A stretch of DNA of 64,000 bases from Polyangiales bacterium. Lineage in GTDB: Bacteria > Myxococcota_A > Polyangia > Polyangiales > Ga0077539. The DNA lies in assembly GCA_044229975.1 (NCBI GenBank), contig JBGARZ010000011.1:1-64000 (forward strand), written 5' to 3'. Positions 1 through 9,895 of this stretch are shown one piece after another (position 1 is the first letter of the stretch; every line of letters starts with the position of its first letter). The notes under the pieces are model-generated. The model saw only the letters and a list, made by a program, of their open reading frames with translations, was not told the origin of the DNA and searched no databases. The position numbers were made by a program, and so were the translations under genes.

Positions 1-116
1 CGTCGGGCTTCCTTCAGACAGTCCGTTGCCTCGCTGCCCTTGCCTCTCGCGTGGATCGTCATGACCTACTTTCCCGGGGACTTGCACCCCGAAGCCAACG
101 CCCATGCCGGGCGCAC
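1..116 (-). mobile_element. 5' end (domain I) of a class IIC group II intron; the rest, including any RT ORF, lies off the left edge
   Basis: Minus strand from 116 reads GTGCGCCCGGCATGGGCG...GGGGTGCAAGTCCCC...GCAAGGG...TCTGAAGGAAGC, matching the GUGYG 5' splice consensus and the domain I pattern of IIC introns. It begins just after a stem-loop, the known IIC target preference. Confidence 0.85.
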
Positions 117-242
117 AAAGCAGGCGCCCCTGCGGGGCTTCCAAACGCGCCCGGCCACACGACGGGGCTTCGATGCTCGCGTGGAGAATCGTTCGAGAAT
201 GCGGAGGCAACCTTCCGAAAGCCCCGGAGGGGCGCCTGCTTT
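117..242. repeat. REP-like inverted repeat pair (24-bp arms) that forms the intron target
   Basis: AAAGCAGGCGCCCCTGCGGGGCTT (117-140) vs AAGCCCCGGAGGGGCGCCTGCTTT (219-242), 1 mismatch; each arm has a GCCCC-n3-GGGGC hairpin. Confidence 0.8.
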
Positions 243-321
243 CGCTTGCCCGGGGTGCAGGCGCGGGACGCGACCAACCCCGGTCCGAATGCGGGCACAG
301 TGACCCTTCGAGGGATAGACC

Positions 322-1506
322 TCACAGCCGCCGCACGAACTCCAGCAACGCCGCCCGCTCCGCCGTCGTGAGCGCCTCGAAGGCCCGCACCGCGCTCACC
401 GCTTCAGACCCATCGCCTCCGTGCAAACGCACCGCCTCCTCCACCGAGCGCGCCCGCCCGTCGTGCAGGAGCGTCCGCGAGAACCGCACGCCCATCAGCG
501 GCGCCGTGCGCCACTCGCGCCCCGTCGCGACGCCCTCTCCCGCGACGCCGTCCGCGAGTGACGGACCCATGTCGTGCAGCAAGAGATCGGAGTAGACGAC
601 CGCCGCGCGCCCCGCCATCACGGCGACGGGGAAGTCCGCGCGCGTGGGCATCGACGGCGTGTGGCAGGTCGCGCAGCCCGCGTCGGCGAAGAGCCGCCGG
701 CCCGTCTCGGTGAGGCCCGTCCGCGCCGGGATGGCGAGCCGTCGCACGTAGCCCGCCGCGGCGCGCACCACGTCGTCGGTGAGGTCGACGCCGGGGCGCT
801 CGTCGTCGGTGAGGCCATCGGGGTTGGGAACCTCCGTGGGCGATCGCGACGAGGTGAGACCCATGTCGCCCTGAAACGCCTCGACCGTGAACGTGTCGAT
901 GTCCGCGAGGCGCGCCTTCACGCCGAGGCGCCCGATGCGCCCGTCGGCGAGGCGGTTGGCGCGTCCGCTCACGGGGCCACCGAGCGCGGCCTGGCGGGCC
1001 TCTTCGGCGAGGATGGCCTCGTCGGTGACGGCCTCGATCCAGCCGCGACCGAACACCGCTGGACCGAAGCGCGTCGACACCAGCAGGCGCTCGTCGGGTG
1101 GGAGCGTCGGCGGCGTCACGCCGCGCGTCGCGCCGGCGGTGAACTGGGGGCGGGCGGTGGTTCCGAAGGGGAGGCGGTGGGTGAGGTCGGGGCGGGCGGT
1201 GACGCCGTCGTCGGCGACGAGCACCATGCGGGTGACGCTGCCGGGCCCGCGGCCCGCCGCGCCGTGACACGCCCGACAGCTCGATTGGATGAACACCGGC
1301 CCGAGGCCCTGCGACGGGCGAAACACCCGCTCGAAGAGTCGGTCGCCCTCGGCAAACACCCGGCGATCGTCCTCGCTCGCGCCCGCCACGGGCTCGTCGG
1401 TGGGGTCGTCGGTGACGACGGTGAGCGCGGGTGCTTCGGGGCCACGACCGCAGCCCGCCATCGTCGGCGCGAGCGTCAGCGCGAGCATCGCGAGGGGTGT
1501 TCGCAT
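322..1506 (-). CDS. Di-heme oxidoreductase (DHOR-like) lipoprotein
   Basis: Lipobox (MAGC), two CxxCH motifs (CRACH, CATCH), YSDLLLHDMG, EWRTAPLMG and LLHDGRAR motifs. Confidence 0.85.
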   Translation of the reverse strand: MRTPLAMLALTLAPTMAGCGRGPEAPALTVVTDDPTDEPVAGASEDDRRVFAEGDRLFERVFRPSQGLGPVFIQSSCRACHGAAGRGPGSVTRMVLVADDGVTARPDLTHRLPFGTTARPQFTAGATRGVTPPTLPPDERLLVSTRFGPAVFGRGWIEAVTDEAILAEEARQAALGGPVSGRANRLADGRIGRLGVKARLADIDTFTVEAFQGDMGLTSSRSPTEVPNPDGLTDDERPGVDLTDDVVRAAAGYVRRLAIPARTGLTETGRRLFADAGCATCHTPSMPTRADFPVAVMAGRAAVVYSDLLLHDMGPSLADGVAGEGVATGREWRTAPLMGVRFSRTLLHDGRARSVEEAVRLHGGDGSEAVSAVRAFEALTTAERAALLEFVRRL

Positions 1507-1621
1507 GGCAGCGGAGGGGGACGCATCGGCGTTAGCCCCCGCGCGCGGATGACGTCAAGGGACACGGACGCCTCTGCGGCGCTGTCCTCGCTCGCGCCAA
1601 CGGGTCTATGCTCGCGGGTCC

Positions 1622-3382
1622 ATGCGTCGCGTGATCTGGTGGGTGTGCCTCGGGGTGTTGGCGCAGTGCGGGTCCGACCGACCGCCGCCGGTGGGCGACC
1701 TCCTCGTCGACGCCGGCACGCCCATCCCCCCGGAGCCGTGCACCTTCATGGGCGCGGTGTGCGACGGGCAGACGCCCTACCGCTGCGTCGCCAACGCGCG
1801 GCAGTACGGCACCGCCTGCACCGGGGCGCAGCCGTTCTGCGTGGCGGGCGGGTGCGCGGCGTGCCCACCGGCGGCCATGCGGTGCAGCCCCGACAACCCC
1901 GCGGTGCCCGAGCAGTGCCGCGAAGACGGCAGCGGGTGGACGGCCCTCGCGGCGTGCAACGAGGCGGGCGGCGAGCGCTGCACCGACGGCCGCTGCGGAG
2001 ACCCCTGCGCCGCGGTCGACGGCGCGCGCGGCTACCTCGGCTGCGAGTACTGGGCGACGCAGACGCCCAACAGTCAGCTCGACCCGGCGTTTCCCTTCGC
2101 GGTGGCGCTGTCCAACCCGCAGTCCTTCGCGGTGACGGTTCGCATCTCGGGCGGCGCGCTCACCGAGCCCATGACCCAGCGGCTGAACCCCGGCGCGGTG
2201 CAGGACGTCACCCTCCCGTGGGTGCAGCGTCTGGTGCAGACGTCTGCGGAAAACACCGGGTGCCCCGACGGCGCGCGCATGTGCCCGGGCTTCTCCCCCG
2301 CGGAGACGGCGACGGTGGTGGGCGGCGCGTACCACATCGAGGCCACGGCGCCGGTCGGGGCGTACCAGTTCAACCCGCTCACCTTCGAGCGCGAGGCGCG
2401 CGGCCTCACGTTTCACTCGTACTCCAACGACGCGTCGCTGCTGCTATCGCAGCGCTCGCTCACCAACCGCTACCTGGTGCTCACGGCCCCCAACTGGTCG
2501 CCGACCAGCACCATCACCCTGGGCGGCTTCATCGCCATCACCGCCGTGCAGGGCGAGACCACCTCCGTCACCGTCACCCTCCCCCCCAACGCCGGCGTCC
2601 TCGGCGAGGCAGGAACCGTCGTCCGCCGCGACAACCTCACCCCCGGCGACGTCTTCGTGCTGGTGGGCGGCGCGCCCGGCGACCTGAGCGGCGCGCTCGT
2701 CGAAGCCAGCGGCCCCGTCGCCGTCTTCGCGGGCCACGACTGCACCAACGTCCCGCAATCGCGCGTCGCGTGTGACCACGTGGAGGAGCAGGTTCCGCCC
2801 CTGGAGACGCTCGGTCGCGACTTCGTGGTGGCGCCGCTCATCGACCGCCCCGGCAACGCCTCCGTCATCCGCGTGGTGTCACCCTTCGCAGGCGTCACGC
2901 TGCGCTTCGACCCGCCGTCGGTGCAGCCCTCCGTCACCCTCGCCGCGCGGCAGGTGCTCCAGTTCCAGACGACGCAGGCGTTTCGCATGTCGGCGTCGCG
3001 GCCGGTGCTCGTCGCGCAGCTCATGACCGGCCAGGGGGCCTCCGCGGCCGTCCGGGCGGGCGACCCGGCCATGGTCTACGAGGTTCCGTCGCAGCAGTTT
3101 CGCGACCGCTACGACCTCCTCGTGCCCGCCACGTACACCAACAACTTCTTCGGCGTGGTGGTGCCGCGCGGCGCCAGCGCCCTCCTCGACGGCAACCCCA
3201 TGGACGGCAACCGCGTCAACGTCGGGCCGTGGGACGTCATCTCCAGCACCGTCACCGCCGGACGCCATCAGCTCCGGACGGCGGAAGGTGTTCCGCTCGG
3301 CGTGAAGGTCTACGGCACCGCGCGCTTCACCTCGTACATGTACCCGGGCGGCCTCGACCTCCAGCTCCTGCCGCCGGGCTGA
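1622..3382 (+). CDS. Secreted IgGFc-binding-domain protein with Cys-rich N-terminus
   Basis: Signal peptide/lipobox; GCEYW, YQFNPL, SNDASLLL, CDHVEEQ and SYMYPGG motifs. Confidence 0.8.
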   Translation: MRRVIWWVCLGVLAQCGSDRPPPVGDLLVDAGTPIPPEPCTFMGAVCDGQTPYRCVANARQYGTACTGAQPFCVAGGCAACPPAAMRCSPDNPAVPEQCREDGSGWTALAACNEAGGERCTDGRCGDPCAAVDGARGYLGCEYWATQTPNSQLDPAFPFAVALSNPQSFAVTVRISGGALTEPMTQRLNPGAVQDVTLPWVQRLVQTSAENTGCPDGARMCPGFSPAETATVVGGAYHIEATAPVGAYQFNPLTFEREARGLTFHSYSNDASLLLSQRSLTNRYLVLTAPNWSPTSTITLGGFIAITAVQGETTSVTVTLPPNAGVLGEAGTVVRRDNLTPGDVFVLVGGAPGDLSGALVEASGPVAVFAGHDCTNVPQSRVACDHVEEQVPPLETLGRDFVVAPLIDRPGNASVIRVVSPFAGVTLRFDPPSVQPSVTLAARQVLQFQTTQAFRMSASRPVLVAQLMTGQGASAAVRAGDPAMVYEVPSQQFRDRYDLLVPATYTNNFFGVVVPRGASALLDGNPMDGNRVNVGPWDVISSTVTAGRHQLRTAEGVPLGVKVYGTARFTSYMYPGGLDLQLLPPG

Positions 3383-3401
3383 GCGAGGTTCGGAGCAGAC
3401 G

Positions 3402-3986
3402 TCAGCGCGCGCGGGCGAGCTTCGCGGTGACGGTTCGCACGAGCCATTGTGCGTGCGCGACGATGTCGGCGGGCGCCATCGCGCAGGAGTCGCGGAGGTA
3501 CACCCAGCCGCTGCCGCTCAGCACGGCGCGCAGCGTGGTGGCGGCGGCGGCGCGGTCGTCCGCGTGAGCCTTCGGGTAGGCCGCGTCGAGCAGCGCCCGC
3601 ATCGCGTCGAGGTTGGTGCGCCGCGAGCGACGGAAGTGCGGCGCCATCCACCGCGCGGTGACCATCGCGGCGATGAGCGCGTGGTTGCGCTCGAAGACTC
3701 CGAAGAGGTCGCGCGCGTACCCCTCCAGGCCCGCGGCGTCGGCGCAGAGCGGGACCCCGCCGCGCTCCTGGAAGCGCGGCTGCATCGCGGCGAAGAGCAC
3801 GTCGCGGCTCTCGAAGTAGCGGTACACGGTGCGCTCGCCCACGCCGGCCTCCTCGGCGAGGCCGCGCATGGTGGGCTCGTCGCCGCGCTCGACGCACGCA
3901 AACGCGGCCTGGAGCAGCCGCTCGCGGGTGGCCTCGCCGTGCGACTCGCGCAGCGACGTGGGGCGCTTCGCCGGGGTCTTTGACAC
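3402..3986 (-). CDS. TetR/AcrR family regulator
   Basis: HTH TMRGLAEEAGVGERTVYRYF; GTG start at 3986 chosen; divergent from the cupin gene. Confidence 0.85.
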   Translation of the reverse strand: MSKTPAKRPTSLRESHGEATRERLLQAAFACVERGDEPTMRGLAEEAGVGERTVYRYFESRDVLFAAMQPRFQERGGVPLCADAAGLEGYARDLFGVFERNHALIAAMVTARWMAPHFRRSRRTNLDAMRALLDAAYPKAHADDRAAAATTLRAVLSGSGWVYLRDSCAMAPADIVAHAQWLVRTVTAKLARAR

Positions 3987-3989
3987 ACG

Positions 3990-4008
3990 GTCTGTCACGA
4001 TGACAGAC
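3990..4008. promoter_or_regulatory. Putative TetR operator
   Basis: Perfect palindrome GTCTGTCA-CGA-TGACAGAC in the ~50-bp gap between the divergent TetR and cupin genes. Confidence 0.7.
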
Positions 4009-4037
4009 TGTATGCCACAACGACGGAGGGCGCGGCG

Positions 4038-4595
4038 ATGGCGACGACAGACGAAGCGAAGCTGGTGGTGGAAAACGCGCGCTTCGGCGAGCGCTTCGAG
4101 TTTGGTCCGGCGACGACGGGGGCCTTCGCGTTCGACTTCTTCGTCGCGCCGAAGAGCGGCATGCCGATGCTGCACACGCACGCGAAGCAGAGCGAGGTGT
4201 TCCGGTGTCGCCGCGGGGAGATCACGGTGCTGCTCGCCGACGGGCCGCGGTTGTTGCGACCGGGCGACGACCTGACGCTGGCGCCCGGCACCTTCCACGC
4301 CTTCGAAAACCGGAGCGACGTCGAGGCGCACTGCGAGGTCGAGTACCAGCCGGGCGGTCGCAGTCGTGAGTGGTTGCTGCTCACCAACGCGATCGAGCGC
4401 GCGACCGGGAAGGAGCCTGGCCTGCTCGACATCGCGCCCTTCATCCTCGACGTCGACATCTTCATCAAGGGCCCGCCCATCTGGATGCAGCGGGTGATCT
4501 TCGGCGCGCTCCGGCCCATCGCTACGCTCCTCGGGCGACGCGAGCGGGCGCTGCGCTTCGCGGCCGAGATGTACGGGTCGGCCTTCGCCTGGTAG
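4038..4595 (+). CDS. Cupin domain protein
   Basis: HTHAKQSE and PGTFHAFEN cupin motifs; GGAGG RBS. Confidence 0.8.
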   Translation: MATTDEAKLVVENARFGERFEFGPATTGAFAFDFFVAPKSGMPMLHTHAKQSEVFRCRRGEITVLLADGPRLLRPGDDLTLAPGTFHAFENRSDVEAHCEVEYQPGGRSREWLLLTNAIERATGKEPGLLDIAPFILDVDIFIKGPPIWMQRVIFGALRPIATLLGRRERALRFAAEMYGSAFAW

Positions 4596-4596
4596 G

Positions 4597-6015
4597 TCAC
4601 CCGACGCCTCCCGAGAGCGCCGCCGCCGGGTCGATCTTCGCCGCCCGCCACGCGGGTCGCACGGCAGCCAGCACGCAGGCCGCCACGCCAAACACCAGCA
4701 CCCCCAGCACCGCCCTCCACTCGAACAAGAACCACCCGTCGGGCTTGAAGGGGAAGTCCGGCAGACGCGTCCGCGCCACGTGGTCGCAGCCCCACGCGAC
4801 GAGCCGCGCGAGCCCGATGCCCAGCACCGTCGCGACCGCGCCGATGGCGGCCGCCTCCAACAGCAGCAGCACGCGCACGTCGCGCCGCGTCGCCCCGAGC
4901 GCCCGCAGGAGACCGAGCTCGCCGCGCCGCTCGGCGATCATCGCCGCGAAGCCGTGCGCGATGTTGAGCGCCGCCACCAGCACCGTCACCACGCTCGCCA
5001 GCGACAGGATCACCGTCACCGCCGTCGCCAGCAGGCCCATCTGCTCGGCGCCGCGCGTCTGCACCTCCAACCCTTCGGCCCGCACCCGCGCCGAGACCTC
5101 CGTCATCCGCGACGGATCGCGCAGGTACACCACCACCGACGAGTAGCGCGTCGCCGCGTCCTCGCCCGCGTACTCGCGGTTGAGCCGACGCGCGACCGCC
5201 ATCGGGATCGTGATGCCCAGGTCCATCGCACGCGGTGAGATGCCCGCCAGCCGCGCGTGCACCCGGCGCGGCGTCCCCTGTCGGGCGGCGCCGAGACCCG
5301 CGCGGCCGATGTCCCACTCCAGCACGAGCCCCTCGGCCTGTCGCAGCAGCAGGTTGCCCAGGCGCGGCAGCCCGTGCGCCGGGGCGATGGCTCCATCGAA
5401 CACCTCGACAAGGTACGGCGACACCACCGCCGGGATGGGCGGCGAGCAGTGCCCGCCCGGCCGCGGCTGCCCCTGCTGCGGCAGCGCGTCGAGGTCGCAG
5501 AACTCCCCGCTCCCGGCGCCGCAGTCCGCGTCCGCGGCACACGCCCGGTTGCTCGCGCGGGTCATCGGGTCGTCGAAGTCCGCGCCCGGTCGCAGGTCGC
5601 GGCGCACCATCGACGGGTCGACGCCGTCGGCCGGAATCTCCCCCGCGCCTACGTCGCGACCCAGGATGGCCCTCCCCCCGCGGCCCGACGTCGGAAACGC
5701 CAGCCGCAGCCGCGGCAGCGCCATGCGAACGCCCTCCGCCCGACCGAGCGCCCTCGCCTGCGTCTCGTCGATGCCCGGCGGCCGCGCGCCCAGCAGCGAA
5801 AACACCGACCCCACGCTGCTCTCCGGCGGAATCACCTCCACCTGGTCGAGCGGCAGGATGCGACCGAACACCACCGCCCTCATGCCCGCAGAGAGCGCGA
5901 GGAAGAAGGTCAGCGTCGCCACGCCCGCGGAGATGCCGAGCGCCGCGACCCAGAACGTTCGCATCGAGCGTCGCAGGTCACGCCCGACGAGGGAGAGGAG
6001 CGGCCCTGCCCTCAC
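4597..6015 (-). CDS. ABC transporter permease (FtsX/MacB-like)
   Basis: N-terminal TM, large periplasmic part, ERRGELGLLRALGA motif, C-terminal TMs and RAAKIDP; GTGA overlap with the ATPase stop. Confidence 0.85.
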   Translation of the reverse strand: MRAGPLLSLVGRDLRRSMRTFWVAALGISAGVATLTFFLALSAGMRAVVFGRILPLDQVEVIPPESSVGSVFSLLGARPPGIDETQARALGRAEGVRMALPRLRLAFPTSGRGGRAILGRDVGAGEIPADGVDPSMVRRDLRPGADFDDPMTRASNRACAADADCGAGSGEFCDLDALPQQGQPRPGGHCSPPIPAVVSPYLVEVFDGAIAPAHGLPRLGNLLLRQAEGLVLEWDIGRAGLGAARQGTPRRVHARLAGISPRAMDLGITIPMAVARRLNREYAGEDAATRYSSVVVYLRDPSRMTEVSARVRAEGLEVQTRGAEQMGLLATAVTVILSLASVVTVLVAALNIAHGFAAMIAERRGELGLLRALGATRRDVRVLLLLEAAAIGAVATVLGIGLARLVAWGCDHVARTRLPDFPFKPDGWFLFEWRAVLGVLVFGVAACVLAAVRPAWRAAKIDPAAALSGGVG

Positions 6016-6728
6016 GACGCCACCGCCGGGGTCTGCGGGGCGTCGTCGACGATCTTGCCGTCGGCGAGGGTGAGCACGCGCGTGGCGATGGCCGTCGCGC
6101 GCGTCTCGTGGGTCACCAGCAGCACGGTCATTCCCCGCTCGGCGTGCAGCGATTGGAAGAGCCCGAGGATGGACGCGCCGGTCTCGGCGTCGAGGCTCCC
6201 GGTGGGCTCGTCGCAGAGAAGAATGGCGGGCTCCATGAGGAGGGCGCGCGCGATGGCGACACGCTGGCGCTGGCCGCCGGAGAGGGCGGTGGGGAGGTCG
6301 TCGCCGCGACCCGCGAGGCCGACGCGCTCGATCCAGCGATCGACGCGGGCGTCGAGGTCGGCGACAGGTGCGGGGGCGAAGCTCGCGGGGAGGGCGATGT
6401 TCTGGCGCACGGACCACGACGCGACGAGGTGGAAGGCCTGGAAGACGAAGCCCATCGAGGCGTGACGGAGGGCGGCGACCTCGGCGTCGGATAGTTGGGC
6501 GAGCGAACGATCGAGCACGCGCACCTCCCCTTCGAAGTCACGATCGAGCGCGCCCGCGACGTGGAGCAGCGTGCTCTTGCCGGAGCCCGATCGCCCGGTG
6601 ACAGCGACGAGCTCGCCGGCGGCGATGGAGACGGAGACGCCGTCGAGGGCCGCGCGACCGCCGGGGTAGCGCTTGCGGACGTCGCGCAGGGTGATGCGCG
6701 GCGCGGGATCAACCTGGGGGTCGGCCAT
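6012..6728 (-). CDS. ABC transporter ATP-binding protein (LolD/MacB-like)
   Basis: Walker A GRSGSGKS, LSGGQRQR signature, LLCDEPTG, VTH. Confidence 0.92.
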   Translation of the reverse strand: MADPQVDPAPRITLRDVRKRYPGGRAALDGVSVSIAAGELVAVTGRSGSGKSTLLHVAGALDRDFEGEVRVLDRSLAQLSDAEVAALRHASMGFVFQAFHLVASWSVRQNIALPASFAPAPVADLDARVDRWIERVGLAGRGDDLPTALSGGQRQRVAIARALLMEPAILLCDEPTGSLDAETGASILGLFQSLHAERGMTVLLVTHETRATAIATRVLTLADGKIVDDAPQTPAVAS

Positions 6729-6812
6729 GCGCGCGGGAGGATGTTGGGAAACAGGGACGAGGGCAACGCTGGTGTGGTTGACAGGAGAGAGTGGGTCGGC
6801 GCGAATGACGGG

Positions 6813-7499
6813 GTGGAAGCCGCACCGTATCGCGACGCACCGAAGCTCACCCAGGCGCAGCAGCTCGCGGCGGTCGGGCAACGGCGGCGCGAGGCGACCG
6901 GCGTTGATCCGCACGCGGCGGCGGGCGAGCGGCCGGTGTCGGACGTGCGCTCGACGGTGCTCGACCTCGTGACGGACATCGACGGATCGCAGGTGGGGTC
7001 GCACGTGCTCTTCGGGGCGTCGATGATCGGGCTGCTCGGGGTCTTCGTCGCCGCGGTGATGCTCGTGGTCACGGTGTCCGTGGTCACGGGTCGCCCGCTG
7101 CTCGTGCCGTTGGGGCTGGTCGCGGTGTTCGTGGCGATCGGGTACGGGGTCTCGCGGCGCCGCAACGCGCCCCGCCACTGGCTCGCGCGGCGGGTGCTGC
7201 GCGTCGACGGCTACCTGGAGCTGGTGGGCAGGGAAGACCACGTCGAGCGGGTGCTCGCGCGGCTGGAGTTCGAGCGGCAGCCGCCGGAGGTGCAGTTCGT
7301 GCGCGACCTGCTCGCGGGCGCAGGCTGCGCGTCGGCGGGCGTCGACGAGCGCTCACCGGGCGTGATCGTCATCCACAGTCCAGACGTGGCGGGAGACGCG
7401 AAGCGCCTGCACGGGTGGTTTCAGGCGCTCACCGACCGGGCGCTGGTTCCGCTGCACGAGACGTATCCGGTGGCGCTGGTGACGGTCGAAGAGCGCTGA
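6813..7499 (+). CDS. Hypothetical membrane protein (2 TM); start uncertain (6741/6774/6813)
   Basis: Coding-like codon usage; two hydrophobic helices. Confidence 0.6.
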   Translation: MEAAPYRDAPKLTQAQQLAAVGQRRREATGVDPHAAAGERPVSDVRSTVLDLVTDIDGSQVGSHVLFGASMIGLLGVFVAAVMLVVTVSVVTGRPLLVPLGLVAVFVAIGYGVSRRRNAPRHWLARRVLRVDGYLELVGREDHVERVLARLEFERQPPEVQFVRDLLAGAGCASAGVDERSPGVIVIHSPDVAGDAKRLHGWFQALTDRALVPLHETYPVALVTVEER

Positions 7500-7653
7500 G
7501 CGGACGAGCAGCGGAGAGGCGCGACGCCTACGTTTCGATCAGCGGTCCGGACCGCGCTGGGTGACCTTCCGGTCGCGACCCTCCGCTTCGCTCCGGGGGA
7601 GGGCGCACTGGGCTGGCGTGGGTGGGTGCCGCGTCGGCTACGCTGAGCACCGC

Positions 7654-9033
7654 ATGGAGCCCATCGTCGTCCGCGAGTACCGGAAGCAGTTGGTGGGGTT
7701 GCTCGTCCTCGTCTTCATGCCCGGGTCACTGGTGTACGGGAAGATCAGCCACCACCAGGGCTTCGACCGCGCAGACTGGCTCTCCTTCGCGCTCCTCCTG
7801 CTACCCGGCCTCTGGTTCATCATCACCGGCTGGTCGACCGTCACCGGGGACGACGATGGGCTGCGACTGCGCACCTTCCGCGGAACACGGCGCGTCCCCT
7901 GGGACTCCATCCGCGACTTCTACGTGCTCGAGTTCGGCGAGACCGCCGACGCCGTCGAGTTCGACGACCGCCGCCTGCTCGCATGGGTCCACGAGCACCC
8001 CCGCGCCGAGTCACTCCGTCAGCTCGTGCTCGCACACGCGACGAGCGCGGCGACGCGCGAGTGGGCAACGCGGGAGGCCCGGACGGTCGAGTCGCTGCCG
8101 TGCACCTTCGAGTACCCGCCGCCGCGAATCTCGTGGACGGAAGCGTTGGTCGCGAGCGTCCCGATTGCCCTCGTCGTCGGGGCGCTCGCAATCGAGTTCT
8201 CGCGGGGCGGCTGGGCGCTCCTCCGCGCGCCGTACCTTGTCTCCACGGCGTTCAAGTTGACGGCACTGCCGCTGTTGGTGGTCGGCCTGGAGTGGCCGTG
8301 GTTGCGCGCGCGACGCGACCTGCGCCGCCGACAGGGACAGCGCGTCAATGCCCGCGCGGAGGGCCTGCGCTACGACGACGGGTCGCGTGAGGTCGCGATG
8401 ACCTGGGAGGAGATCACCCGCGTCGTCCCGTCGGGTTCGGCCGGTAGCTTCGTGGAGTTCCGCACCATCGAGTCGAGCCGCGGCTCCTTCGAGGTGAGCA
8501 ACGCCATCAACGACTACCATCGGTTGATGGAGCTCATCGCGCGCCGCGCGCCGCGGGCGATGGAGGCGTGGCGCGACGCAGAAAACCGACGCGAGGACCT
8601 CCTGCCGCCGACGACGCAGCCCGGCGTGAAGGTTCATCACTACCGAACCCGCCCCGAGCGCAACGTCCTGTGGACGCTCGGCGCCGTCTTCGTGGTGATC
8701 GTGGGACTGGCCCTCTATCGCCGCCACTTCACGGACGCGGTCATCACCTCGCTGATCTTCGGGACGCCGCTGACCCTCTTCGCCGTGCGCTACCTCGCGA
8801 CGCGCGTGACGACGGACGCCCGCGGCATCACCTACGAGCGCCTCGGACGGAAGGGCCACCTCGCCTGGAGCGAGCTCGATCGTTGGCGACCGGCGGGCGC
8901 CGATGCCTTCGCGCACCTGCTGATCGAAGGCCGCGACCAGCGCTGGCGCATCTGGAGCGGACTCTCGGATGTGGTGGGCCTCGTCCAGACGCTCGAAGCG
9001 CACCGGCCAACGACCGCAGGCAAGAACCCATGA
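7654..9033 (+). CDS. Membrane protein with three TM-TM plus bacterial PH-like modules
   Basis: Three repeats of two TMs followed by xxxGLR/GIT...W.. motifs (DDDGLRL..VPWDSI; AEGLRY..MTWEEI; ARGITY..LAWSEL). Confidence 0.65.
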   Translation: MEPIVVREYRKQLVGLLVLVFMPGSLVYGKISHHQGFDRADWLSFALLLLPGLWFIITGWSTVTGDDDGLRLRTFRGTRRVPWDSIRDFYVLEFGETADAVEFDDRRLLAWVHEHPRAESLRQLVLAHATSAATREWATREARTVESLPCTFEYPPPRISWTEALVASVPIALVVGALAIEFSRGGWALLRAPYLVSTAFKLTALPLLVVGLEWPWLRARRDLRRRQGQRVNARAEGLRYDDGSREVAMTWEEITRVVPSGSAGSFVEFRTIESSRGSFEVSNAINDYHRLMELIARRAPRAMEAWRDAENRREDLLPPTTQPGVKVHHYRTRPERNVLWTLGAVFVVIVGLALYRRHFTDAVITSLIFGTPLTLFAVRYLATRVTTDARGITYERLGRKGHLAWSELDRWRPAGADAFAHLLIEGRDQRWRIWSGLSDVVGLVQTLEAHRPTTAGKNP

Positions 9034-9455
9034 GCAAGGCGTTCACCAAGGAGGACGACACCGTCGACGACACGCCGGTGGTGCCGCGACCGACGCTCGG
9101 CGCCGTCGTGCGGCTCACCCGCGACGCGGTGACACGACTGCGCGCGGAGGCCGCGACCACCGACGACCCGTCCCGTCGACAGCTGCTCACCGAAGCGCTC
9201 GAGCGCGCGACGCTGGTGCCCGACGGTACGCCCACCCGCGTGGTGCTCGGCGCGAGGGTGACGGTGGAGTCCGACGCGGAGGGGTGGCGTGAGCAACTGC
9301 TGGTGAGTCCCGAGGAGTTCGAGCTGACGGGCCTCGGGTGGAGCGTCGCGTCACCGGTGGGTCGCGCGCTGCTCGGTGCGGAGCCGGGCGACGAGGTCGA
9401 GGTCGACCGACCGCGCGGGCGCATCACGCTCCACGTCGTCGCCGTCGGGGCGTGA
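9030..9455 (+). CDS. GreA/GreB family protein (short form)
   Basis: MSKAFTKEDD start; SVASPVGRALLGAEPGDEVEV C-terminal motif; ATGA overlap with the upstream gene. Confidence 0.85.
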   Translation: MSKAFTKEDDTVDDTPVVPRPTLGAVVRLTRDAVTRLRAEAATTDDPSRRQLLTEALERATLVPDGTPTRVVLGARVTVESDAEGWREQLLVSPEEFELTGLGWSVASPVGRALLGAEPGDEVEVDRPRGRITLHVVAVGA

Positions 9456-9530
9456 CGGAGTCCTCGGCCGCGTGCGGTGAACGCGAACGTGATCGTCGCG
9501 CGCCTTGCTGACGCTGCGGCGTGGACGTAG

Positions 9531-9595
9531 CCGATTGACCTCATCGAAAATAAATCGCGAACCTCGTTGACATGTCCATTGAGGTCCGGTAGACA
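9531..9595 (+). promoter_or_regulatory. Sigma70-like promoter with conserved upstream box (Ro60/Y-RNA locus)
   Basis: TTGACA (9567-9572), 17 nt, TAGACA (9590-9595); upstream box 9531-9560 is 23/30 identical to 21468-21439 on the minus strand. Confidence 0.7.
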
Positions 9596-9640
9596 TCGCG
9601 ACGGGCAGAGGAGCGACAGGGCGTCGCTCCGACAACCACC

Positions 9641-9799
9641 ATGAACCATCCATTCACCACCACCAGATACGAGTTGGATCGCGGCAACAGCCGTCGTCCG
9701 GTGGGCTCGTGCGGGCGCTGGTGTGTCGGCACAGCACGCCGTATGTCCCGCGGCGGCGCGCAGCGTCGGCTGGGGAGCGCAGGGCAGATGAAGGGCTGA
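9641..9799 (+). CDS. Putative 52-aa leader peptide (MNHPFTTTRYELDR...)
   Basis: First ATG after the promoter; context ACCACCATGAAC resembles ACCGCCATGAAC of the tRNA-array leader; embedded in hairpins. No SD at canonical spacing. Confidence 0.3.
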   Translation: MNHPFTTTRYELDRGNSRRPVGSCGRWCVGTARRMSRGGAQRRLGSAGQMKG

Positions 9800-9895
9800 A
9801 ACCCTCCATCACCCTGAGAAGGTCTCAACGAGGCCGGCGCTCCCCCGAAGGAAGCGTCGGCCTTCTGCATTTCGGACCCATGCGTTGGCGCTTAT

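Noticed and set aside
117..300. Integron attC site as the intron target
   Set aside because: No clear RYYYAAC/GTTRRRY boxes, no cassette array and no integrase seen; a REP-like hairpin fits better.
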